A stretch of 62,923 nt of DNA, filler included, from Choristocarpus tenellus KU-1152 (Eukaryota; Protista; Phaeophyceae), in assembly GCA_964200185.2 (NCBI GenBank). It is 11 parts of 11 records of this genome, joined end to end, with 100 filler letters (N's around TTAATTAATTAA, not from the genome) between each part and the next. Parts side by side here need not be neighbours in the genome. Positions count along the whole stretch, not along the records: positions 41,827 to 54,974 come from CAXNAD020001572.1; positions 55,075 to 58,229 come from CAXNAD020021912.1; positions 58,330 to 62,923 come from CAXNAD020013868.1; 8 more parts are not named here. One strand, 5' to 3'. Numbering within the stretch: position 1 is the first letter of the stretch; the number at the start of each line of letters is the position of its first letter. Below are positions 53,079 to 62,923 of the stretch, in pieces. A program made the translations under genes and the position numbers. Below the pieces are notes generated by a model. The model ran no database searches. It was not told where the DNA came from and saw only the letters and a program-made list of their open reading frames with translations.

Positions 53079-53332
53079 GAGTAAAAGTATCTTAGAGGGT
53101 ACGAGTTTTGCCCTGTTTGTCCATTTGGGGCTTGGCTTCCCACAGGTTTTTAATGACATTTTCCTACTCCGAAATTCGGAGTAGGTAAAATGTAGATGTT
53201 ATGAAAAGGTGTGCCTGGAACAAGGATATTGACACTTCCAAACAAACACGATAGCCAAAACTACATCGAAATCGCAACATTGGACTTTGGCCCCAAACTG
53301 ACGTGGCTCTACCCTCTAAGATACTTTCACTC
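53079..53332 (+). mobile_element. MITE family 1, complete copy
   Basis: GAGTAAAAGTATCTTAGAGGGTA ... TACCCTCTAAGATACTTTCACTC with a TGA/TGA TSD. Confidence 0.88.
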
Positions 53333-53699
53333 TGAGATGCCGCTGTTCCGTGTATAGGTATACTGTCAGTGAGTTTACTCGACAGTGCATGTCGCCCCTC
53401 AAGGAAGAGTCAGGCACGTCTCATTTGAAGGATATTTTTCTGTCACTTCTTACCTTGGTTGCTGATTTCACCCACATTACATTTTGAAGACAGAAAGGTC
53501 TATCTGGATGGTTGATCCCAGTAGTAATATTTTAGAATCTATATTTCACACTATTAACCCTCTCATATTTTGCGTTCCTTCCTCGCCCAGGTAGACTACT
53601 TAACTCTAACAAGGAAACACAAAAAGAAAGAACTCAGGCAGTGTGGTACCATTACATACTCAACCTACTAAGGCAGTACTTCTCAGTACTCTTTTGTAC

Positions 53700-54400
53700 T
53701 ACTACTTTATAGTAGCCACTCTCTAGGTATAGGAAAATTCTCTCTACAGCCTTGACTTTGACTCTTCCGACCCAACACACTGCATCTGATGCGAGGCCAA
53801 GTGCTGTTGCCTACTTCCACCCTTGTACGTTTCCTTCTCAGAGAGAACAATGTTGCCATGGGCTTCTCTGGTGTGATCGCTTCCATAGTCCTGTCCCCCA
53901 CTCCCCTCACTTTCCTCGAAAACGTGGTTCTTGGTAGGGGATAAGAAACATGACTGACACTGTGAAGGGTAGGTAACACAAGGTGGAATGCAAGAAATAC
54001 CGTGTAGAATTTCTGAGTTCATTTTTGCCCAGTGCTTAGAGAAGGGGCTGTGATGAGTGACCAAAAAGTCACGACCTAGGATCAGAATAAACTATCTCAA
54101 AAAGATTAATGCATCAGCAAATTTCTCCTATCATGCTCTGACACGCGGCTACAAAATGGAGCACTCAGGAAGATAAGATTACCTGCGGAGTTGTCTTTCA
54201 TGAGCGAATCAGAGTGTAATAGCATCTGTCAGCGGATGTCATATCTAAGCATCATAATATCACTCCACGCATAGATTGGTTCCAACAGTATCCACTTTTC
54301 CAGTTGGAAACCTATTCTTTGGGACATGTACCACTTGGGCTACAAACTACTCCAGAGCCATTGCTTCATAGTAGGTACTACAAGTGATATCGCTAATGGA
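53700..54400 (-). mobile_element. Decayed Ty1/Copia reverse transcriptase remnant
   Basis: In Copia order on the minus strand: STYYEAMAL (~54350-54380), VVHVPKNRFPTG-KW (~54295-54340) and KAVERIFLYLE (~53720-53753, cf. KAVKRIFRYLKG). Confidence 0.55.
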
Positions 54401-54911
54401 TTTGCTCATCCACAATAATAGTACCAACTGACGAATACCTCACCACTGATACAAAATATCTACCTCACTCATACTTCAGTTATGTAGCAATCCCTGATTA
54501 GTAATATATTTTCAATGTGATTCAATTCTTCAAAGTGGTAACCATCACCACTCACCAGGTCGAAATCACTGCATGTGACACAGTGGTAGCGCTCAGCAGA
54601 ATTGCCCATGACACACCCACACCCATCACATCGGTACTCAGGACTGCTGTCTTCTGTGTCGGTTATCCACTCATACTCACTCTCACTCTCAACATTGTCC
54701 TCTATTCCATGGCTTGCACCATGATCCTGCCGAGAGGGTTTGTGATTGGTGTATAGACCATCATGAGGTGGTCAAAATAAGATAAGGGTGAGATAGATTG
54801 AAGGTGGTTAGGCGGGCGATTGAAAAGTAGTGGCTTCAAGGATGGGGATGATCTATTCTACAATGCTGAGTTTGAAAGGGGTATACACAAGGCATGTATA
54901 GAACAAGAGTA

Positions 54912-54974
54912 GAATGAAAGTATCTTAGAGGGTACGAGTTTTGCCCTGTTTGTCCATTTGGGGCTTGGCTTCCC
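54912..54974 (+). mobile_element. MITE family 1 left end (contig-truncated); a right end starts the next contig at 55075-55104
   Basis: GAATGAAAGTATCTTAGAGGGTACGAGTTTTGCCCTG..., and after the spacer gcggctgtaccctctaatatacttcggctc. Confidence 0.8.
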
Positions 54975-55134
54975 NNNNNNNNNNNNNNNNNNNNNNNNNN
55001 NNNNNNNNNNNNNNNNNNTTAATTAATTAANNNNNNNNNNNNNNNNNNNNNNNNNNNNNNNNNNNNNNNNNNNNGCGGCTGTACCCTCTAATATACTTCG
55101 GCTCTTTATGGGGCCTTGCATGCCCCACCTAAAT

Positions 55135-57830
55135 TTAACAAATCACTCTACAGACACCAAGCAATCTCGCCGGGTTTATTACCTTTACCCTCTTAGATGA
55201 TTTTGGGGATACTTTAACAATAAGGACATCCCTTCTTTTACCTATGGCAGTATATGTAAGGAAGTTTCTATTGAACGTTGGATATCCTTCCCCGTCATCG
55301 TCACTGTTGTACACTTTAAACTTTGAAGGGAGTGGGATGAGCCGCCGCAGGCCCTCTCCCACAGTCCTTGTACGGTGCGTGGTTCTGCTAACCGCCTCAT
55401 CCTCATCTTCAAACTCCGACTCAGCTTCCTACCCAGCATCTTCAACTCCTGTTGCTGGTGTCATCTCTCTATACTCTGCTCTTCTCGAAGCACATCCGCT
55501 GTTACTGATGGCCGCCTCCATCAGGACTCCTCCTCCAATCAATTCATACTAGCCTTGCAAACTTAGCGCATACTTCAATAAGTAATGCTAGCTAGCAGAG
55601 CTGGAGTCCAAAGAATTGTTAGAAAGGTGTGATTGAGAAAGCGGTTGTTCAAATGCACCATCAAGTGGCCGGTTTGAGTGACAACTTCGTTGGTTGTCAA
55701 ATTCTGGGTTAGATCCCAAAGTGTTTTTAGAAAGTTGTGCTTGAGATGTTGGTCCTCGTGTGCATAATCTCTTAGCTTATTTGGGTGACAAGTTGTTGAG
55801 TTATTAACTGCTGGGTCGTATACCATCAAAACGTTGTAAATATCTTGATAGGATGTTAGTTTCTTATGTCTTTTACTTTAAAATTACGGTTTAGCCTATT
55901 TGAGTGAGAATCTATCAAACACAGGCTTGCTCACCACTGGATAGGACACCAATGAACTAGAATAGGCTAAAAAAAAATCGCCCTTTTATCAGACACGGGT
56001 ACCCCTTGTCTCCCTCCTTTATCTGTCTTGAAGAATTTGATATCTGTAAGTTATTTTTTCTTCTTTTCAATGATTTATTGTTGGGTTGATATCGTTTCAG
56101 ACACAAAACATACGTCAATGTAGGAGGTACCACACATTCAACCATCCTAAACCTGACTTCCTGGTGTTTCAAGAATACGTTACGATGTTTGGGCAAGAAG
56201 TTCTCCAATTCTTGGACGCACATTTCGCGCATCGAAATGTATGATGGGGGAGCTTGGCTAGTCACACTTTTTGCTGAGGATCCGCCAAATGGCCCTACCC
56301 ACTCATACGAGCCTTGTGTCGAGTTCAGAGATAGTCCGTCGAATACGCGCAGACCGTGCAAAACGCATAAAGACTTTTCGAAGCCTTCAGGTCGGAGAAT
56401 CTGATGTGGGGAACTCTCAAAGTGGAGCATTCGCGAAAAATGACGATTCCAATGGGAAGATGTTTTCTCAGGTCTGGTGAGAAGGTTGTTGTTACCCTGT
56501 TTGTTACTGTAGAAAAGTATCTTCGTATTGTTGAATAGGGACCTAAAGTTGATTTACGTGCCTTTATTTTCATGGGGTAGATCCACCCCAAAATTTTTTT
56601 CGTCTGTTTTTTGATTTTCCTTCTTCTCGCAGTCACTCGAACGACTCATGGATTTCAAGTTACACCTTTCGGCACAAAGAATGCTTACCTTAAATGGTAG
56701 TTAGAACAGCATACTGTACTCATTAGTCCATAAGTATCTTGAACCAGGTTGAACGTGGGTGTGAAGACTGGGACTACTAGCGCGAAATAATGAAGGTTAC
56801 CACATATCAAGTCTCTTGAGTATGTGCTGACTACATTATGCTCTCTAACCTCCAGCAAGACTTTGTATTCCCCTCCAGTTTCGCCTTGGACCGCAAAACC
56901 AATACCCCAATCAGTGTATCAAACTAGAAAGGGACCCTGGTTTGTCCTTCGCCTCCCTCTCTTGCTCCTGTGCGTCTCCCAGGGGATACCTTGGACTAAA
57001 CCAGTTGTTAGGATTGCCAATGTACTAGATGGGTTTGGTGCAGGTGACGGGATCTCCTCTGAAGAAGGTTGAGAATGACCTTCGTATCCTCAAAATTGCA
57101 ATTGTCTTCGGCCGCATCTTTGTTTGATGCCACCATGATAAGGGCTTCCAACTTGGTGCATTCCCCCTTAGACTGTCGGCGTGAGTATCACTGTTGTGAG
57201 GCAGGGTCCAATTAGTCGTGGGGGTATTCAGAATCACCAGCTGTGTCAAGGTGGGGATGCCTCCAGGAAAACACAAAGTGCTCTTAGCCAACAAATCTTA
57301 GGAGAAGTTTGAATCGAAGCTTGGATCCGATGGGTGACGTCACATCCTTGTGACCGATAACGGCAAGGCAGTCCAGCCATTCTCAGTACTTCTCTTTGTT
57401 TGATGTTTATGGGAATGTCATTAATGAGAAAGAAATGTGTTTGCAATACACTTACGTGTACACAAGGAACGGATTAGACTGAGATCAGCTCCCTACAGGA
57501 CCCGTCAATGAGAGAGGGCATACTACTATAACACTTCAATTCAAAAACCGTACTGAACTGATACACTTCGATTGAAAATGTTTTGATCCACCATCCTCCT
57601 ACATATGATTATTTTCTCTTTAAGCGACACGTATCCTTTTCGAGACCTCGCACAAACACATTTTGTGGATATGGCGCGCAGCCATAAACAATTTCGCGCG
57701 TCAGCCCCTTTGTTGAGCTTGTCCATACCCACCTGTCCACAAAACCAGATACACCCACAACATTCACATTTGACAAAGCAGTAAGAAGGATCGTCAGAAC
57801 GAAGATTCATTCCGATTCTGACTGATCCAT
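55135..57830 (-). mobile_element. Degenerate intronless ORF remnants of a repeated element, family unassigned
   Basis: A run of broken minus-strand ORFs (57541-57810 Cys-rich, 55957-56430, 55575-55829, 55135-55445) without good splice structure. The 3' end is repeated at 13100-13170. Confidence 0.4.
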
Positions 57831-58019
57831 CTTCATGCTCTTACATAGCTCAGTCATTTTGTGACATGTGTTGTGCACAAAGGTTTCTGTTCTGTTCCTA
57901 ATTACCTCAGGTGGTGTTGAGATGCTAGGCCAAGACATGTGAAACGTGGCTCACCCTTTGTAGTGAAAGAGTTCAGTCTGGTGATTGTGATTGCCCCCTT
58001 GTCCAGAAAACCATCGATT

Positions 58020-58145
58020 TGTTTTGCTCACGAATTCTGGATTATTATTATTTTATCCTATGTTTGCATTCCCCCCTTTCCCCCCTTCCTCCCCAATTCT
58101 AACACCCCTTGTGACCAACCAGTGTGACCTCTTCGCCACTGAGTT
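58020..58145. repeat. Second copy of the 11562-11885 repeat family (leader plus one partial unit)
   Basis: gttttgctcacgaattctggatta...cccttgtgaccaaccagtg...gacctcttcgccactga is shared between the two loci. Confidence 0.75.
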
Positions 58146-58329
58146 CCTGTCATCTCCCCCCCCCTTCCGCTGCGAAACAAAGACGAACAACATCCACCTC
58201 TGTCTTACCACGCACACCCACCTCTGGGCNNNNNNNNNNNNNNNNNNNNNNNNNNNNNNNNNNNNNNNNNNNNTTAATTAATTAANNNNNNNNNNNNNNN
58301 NNNNNNNNNNNNNNNNNNNNNNNNNNNNN

Positions 58330-58402
58330 TTTTTTTTATTTTTTTTATTATCATTTTTAGGCCACAAAACCCCCCCCCCCCCCCGCCCAGATACTTTGAG
58401 CC
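58330..58402. mobile_element. MITE family 2 right end (contig-truncated)
   Basis: Poly-C followed by CCCAGATACTTTGAGCC. Confidence 0.7.
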
Positions 58403-58500
58403 TGGTTAGTCAATTGAGAGAGGTTTTCAAAGATACAATATACTCGGAGTGCACAATAGTGGAGGACTCTATTAGAACATATTTAGATGTTCTCATGATC

Positions 58501-58610
58501 CTCCTCGATTCCTCTTGATTCCTCTTAGTTCCTCTTGATTCCTCTTAATTCCTCTTGATTCCTCTTGATTCCTCATAATTCCTCATAATTCCTCTTGATT
58601 CCTCTTGATT
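58501..58610. repeat. 10-bp tandem repeat (CCTCTTGATT) x11
   Basis: Read directly, with minor variants. Confidence 0.92.
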
Positions 58611-59541
58611 TCGTTCACTTGTCCCAGCATAGAAAAAAAACGAAGATTTCGAGGCTTTCCCAGCACCCGCTTAAGTAGTAGTAGATATGAGTCATCGACC
58701 ATCGCCATATATAAGTGATAGTCATAGTCGGAGGAGAGTTGGGAGTAGATACAAGTGATAGTCAAAGCAAACGAGGGGTACCCAGGCTTTGGTCACTTTT
58801 TTCCTTTAGAGCCAGTTATTTCGATCTCTTGCAATTCACCAATTTCTATCATTTTTTTTTTCTATCAGCGAAGTCTCTCCGTTGGACTTGAGATCGGGTT
58901 TGTTTGTTTTTTTATACTTTTTGGCAGAAATTCTCAGAATATCATATAAGCGTTTTTGTTTAATATATATATATATATATATATACAATTTTTCATCTGT
59001 TTCTCAGCATCCTTATTAGGGTGCAACTCTGGGTACAGCTTGTTTACTTCAACTCTGAGCCATAGCATCCCTGAGGGGGGTCAATTTGAGTAAAAGGGTT
59101 AAGGTTTTCAAATTGAGTATAAGGGTTAGGGTTCGACTCTGTGGCTTCCATCTTCGTTCACGTCTCCTGAATTCTCAGGAGAGCGATATAGTCTAGTGGA
59201 TGAACATTCACCTCTTCTACTAGAGCTTAGGGTTAGAGTTAGCTGCACTATTGGCATGGGAATGGGGGTGAGTTAGAGTAAATTATACGCCCCGTATGCT
59301 CTAAGGTGCCTAAATCGATCAACCTCGACGGTATGTCAGTGCATACTGTTGGCCAGTACAAGTAACGAACATGCAGTATGTCAGTGCATACTCTTGGACT
59401 CTCCCCTACCCCCGAAAAAAAAGAAGAAAATCTACACAAAATATATTATCCCTAAGAAATTTCTGTCAACCAAGTTACCTCAAGATTTTTTCGTGTCGGT
59501 ATGTGCCACCGAAGTGAGCATTGGCATTCGCACCTGATTAC

Positions 59542-60103
59542 CCTTGCCATGGCGTTTGCCACAGCATCTTCCTTGTGTATGTCGAAGCTATCATCGCAAG
59601 AGCTGGCTGGGTCACATTGATTTTTATCTGCCCCCATCAGATTCTTCCTCATCCTTGTTATTCTCAATATGCTCTTAGTAGCGCTCAAGACAATTGATCC
59701 TCTTGCTTTCTTGGCACCTCCCTCTCCGCCAGAAGGGTTGCTCCTTCCCCATTCAAATGATGGTGACATAGAGTAAGGTTTGTACATCTTCTTTCTGTAT
59801 TTCAAGCTTCCACTTCCTATTGGGCTAACTGGTAGTCTATTCGGAATGCTCTTCTGCAAGGCATTATGCTGCCTCTGGGTTTGGCCATGGTTTCCAAGTC
59901 TTTCTTGTAATCCAACAGTCTGTGGTGACTCCATGTCTAACATCCCCTTGGATTCAGTAACCATTGAGGAACTTGAGGACAGGACCGACACAGGCTGTTG
60001 TTCTGCAGGACGCAACACAGACCCAACAGGTTTACCCAGTTCTTCCTCTCCAGCGTGTGAATCTACACTCCAGACATAGCTTCTGGAGGACATGTCAGAA
60101 ATC
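59542..60103 (-). CDS. Probable exon of an uncharacterised Ser-rich protein
   Basis: Acceptor cttttcag|G at 60103 and donor AGG|GTAATC at 59542 bracket a ~187-codon open frame (MSSRSYVWSVDSHAGEEE...DAVANAMAR). No domain recognised. Confidence 0.5.
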
Positions 60104-61443
60104 CTGAAAAGGGTATGCACCCAGATAGAGGGGGGCAAGAAAATGGAAAGCATGAAATAAGTCGCCATAAGGTACATCTAAAAGATAGTGGTAGAGTAAG
60201 GGATGAAGAGTTTGTGTTGGGACGACAAAAGCTTTGTGCGTAGTATACCTTATTATTATCATCCTTGCATCAAAAAGGTACACATGTAACATCGGCACCA
60301 CCCCTATCCTCCTTCCATTTGCGTACATCATACCCGAACATCATCTTTTCTTTCTTCTCCTACCATAGTAAAAAAGATACATAATTATGCAACAAAATTC
60401 AGAACAAAATATCTCAAGAAAAAAAAAAATGGGTTGACGTTGACATTTTTGACTGAAAAAAAACGTTTTGACTGAAAAAAAAAAAAAGTTTTGACAAAAA
60501 CTTGAGAATTATCAGAAGTTTGATCGATATGGAGTTGCCCGCTTCTTTCAACTGCAATAGATTACTGCCAACTAGATCGCATCCTTGTGTGCATCCCTGC
60601 AACTACAACAGATTATTTTTATTATGTTTTTATTCTTAGTTCAATCTCATTCAACACAATGTACTGTATGCATGAATCATAGTCATGGTGTCACAAACTC
60701 AAAGGAGTGCTGCAAATTGGGATATGACATGGAATAGACAACATCGTCTACATCGAATAGATTGGGGTTGTGAGAAGAGGGCATTCCCTCCCATGTTATG
60801 GTGAGTTTTTAATGGGGGGTCATTGTTCAATGAAGGTCTTGCAGAAGGGATCTCCTGTTGCTGAATTCTTTCATTGATATGATGCATAGATACACATATA
60901 GATCATTCCCATTCCATTATGTTAGTATCTAGTTCTACACTACGTCAAGTGTGGGAAGAATATGTTTGGAGAAGGGCTAGAGGCAATCCGGTGTCATCCC
61001 GACCGAGTCAGTCCATAAATAAAATAATAAAACCTCTTGCATTTCTACACATGATATTGTAGTTCTGCATGCCACAAGTAGGGTCATTTTTTCCAAATGT
61101 GCTCCACGTCTCAAAAAAGATTATTAAAAAAATGCTATTTTTTTAGTCTTGAGTCTCTAAATTGTACCGAGTAGGGGGAGAATGCTGTGATGCTTGTATG
61201 ATCTTGAAACTTGGGGGGAAAAAACCCCGAAGGGTCTCTTCATCACCACAGAAAGACTAACTCCAACCTCAACCCTGACCCCAGCATTCTTCCCAACAGG
61301 AATACCTTTACAGTGCACTAATGCAAAGGTTGTTTTGAACAAGACCAACCATAGATTGAATCAATAGGATGGTTCTGCTCCTCAACCTCCCCAACCCTAA
61401 CCCTAAATCTCAATTCCGCAAGAATAATTTTGACATCAACAAT

Positions 61444-61708
61444 GAGTCAAAGTACCTTAGAGGGTAGAGCCGCGTCCATTTAGGGGGGGCAAAATCCAAT
61501 GTTGCGATTTTGATTTTATTTTGGCTATCGTGCTTGTTAGGAAGTGTCAATATCCATGTTCCGGACACACCTTTTCATAACGTATACACTTTACCTACTA
61601 CGAAACATTTTGGAGTAGGAAAATACCATAAAAGAACCCATGGGAACCCAAGCTCCAAATGGACAAAGAGGGCAAAACTCGTACCCTAAACCTAAGATAC
61701 TTTCACTC
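61444..61708 (-). mobile_element. MITE family 1, complete copy in reverse orientation
   Basis: GAGTCAAAGTACCTTAGAGGGTA ... TACCCTAAACCTAAGATACTTTCACTC with an AAT/AAT TSD. The interior is the reverse complement of the 7735 and 53079 copies. Confidence 0.87.
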
Positions 61709-62463
61709 AATTTTACAATGGACTGTGTATGTGGTACCTAGCAGGATGTCAAGCTCGATGTCAAGTTGCAACACGGATTATTTAGTCTGAAGCAACAATT
61801 GGGGTTAGGGTTAGGGTTGATTTACGCCCCTTTCGAGTTAGAAAGTACATCAGCCTTTTTTTCAAACTCAAACAAAGTACATCATGCCCATACCTAAATT
61901 GCAGTTAACCCCCTTTCAGCGTGTGTCTAGAGGAGAATTTGAGCTGTGCGTGCAATGTTAGCTGAAAAAGCCTTCCACAGTACTATAACCACATGCCCCA
62001 CAAGGTAGAGTCATATGGGCCCTTCGAAATCAATGACACCACCCATTTTAGATGTTATCACCCTCAAAAGATGGGCTTGCTATATATTTTGAAGTTGAAG
62101 ATGAAAGCATACACATACAAACGCCTGCTCATACACTCCTGGTTGACCTCAACAATATCTCACCCAGAGACAGCTCTACTGTTCCTGGAAGATACAACCT
62201 CCTGAGCTGCGAAGCTTGCTCTTCTCACAATTGCACGTCTTTCCGCCAAGGCAGATTTACCTTCCACCCCCCCCCTCTTCACATGGCGCATAATAGCCCT
62301 AATTCGTGTTTTTTTCTCCCCCTCCCCCCTAACTTTGCCCCAACCCTTGATTATCGCCTGAGTATTGTGAAGATCCTTGATTGAACCCTTCCCATCAATC
62401 CAGCTACCAAGCTGCACAAACATCCAGGTGAGAGGGAAGGTGAGAGAGAAGGTAAGAGGGAGG

Positions 62464-62731
62464 AGGTCAAAGTATCTTAGGGTTAGGGTAGAGCCGCGTC
62501 CATTCGGGGGCCAAAATCCAAATTGCAATTTTGAAGTAATTTTGGCTATCATGTTTGCTAGGAAGTGTCAATATCCTTGCTCCGGGCACACCTTTGATAA
62601 GGTATACATTTTACCTACTCCGAAATTATTTTGGAGCAGATAGAATGCAAAAAAAAGAAACGTGAGAAGCCAAGTCCCAAACGGACAAAACAGAGCAAAA
62701 CTCGTACCCTAACCCTAAGATACTGTCACTC
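62464..62731 (-). mobile_element. MITE family 1 variant with TTAGGGTTAGGG in both TIRs
   Basis: GTCAAAGTATCTTAGGGTTAGGGTA ... TACCCTAACCCTAAGATACTGTCACTC. Confidence 0.85.
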
Positions 62732-62813
62732 GAAGGCGTATTATAGGCGATGGGGACGAATACGGGGGAAGAGGGGTCAGGCGATAAAGGAATGACATGC
62801 ATGGTGGAGCAAT

Positions 62814-62827
62814 GGCTCAAAGTATCT

Positions 62828-62858
<31 letters not shown>

Positions 62859-62923
62859 CCCTTTTAGGGTGTTGTTTTTATGCCGCGGTTTTTTTGTGTT
62901 TTGGTTTCGTATGTGGGGGGGGT
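62814..62923. mobile_element. MITE family 2 left end running to the window edge
   Basis: GGCTCAAAGTATCT followed by poly-G. Confidence 0.7.

Noticed and set aside
54912-55104. MITE left and right ends either side of a spacer as a single copy proving true contig adjacency
   Set aside because: The flanks (GTA vs TTT) are not a matching TSD, and contigs commonly break in this high-copy repeat.

Overview
This is eukaryotic nuclear DNA with GT-AG introns of about 0.1-1.4 kb, GC-richer exons, long poly-G/C tracts and interstitial TTAGGG repeats. The gene content is consistent with a flagellated stramenopile, probably a brown alga or close relative (inference). The window is not one locus: it is 11 short contigs joined by an artificial 100-bp spacer (N44-TTAATTAATTAA-N44), so neighbourhoods across spacers are meaningless. 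Genes reconstructed by manual splicing: complex I NDUFA7/B14.5a-like, proteasome beta-6 (PSMB1), a C3HC4 RING protein, a purine-synthesis fusion in PurN-then-PurM order, an apyrase/NTPDase, the 3' end of a VFL3/CCDC61-like gene, middle exons of a TRIP12/UPL3-like HECT ligase, an APC-family permease, complex I NDUFB2 and a complete 7-exon CDK7/CDKD. Repeats include two related MITE families sharing an AAAGTATCT terminal core, decayed LINE, Copia and DDE remnants, and several minisatellites. The most unusual signal is a ~150-bp, ~28% GC island (8378-8526) encoding the N-terminus of a Rickettsiales-like BirA, a candidate endosymbiont-to-nucleus transfer. I found no convincing complete novel multi-gene system.
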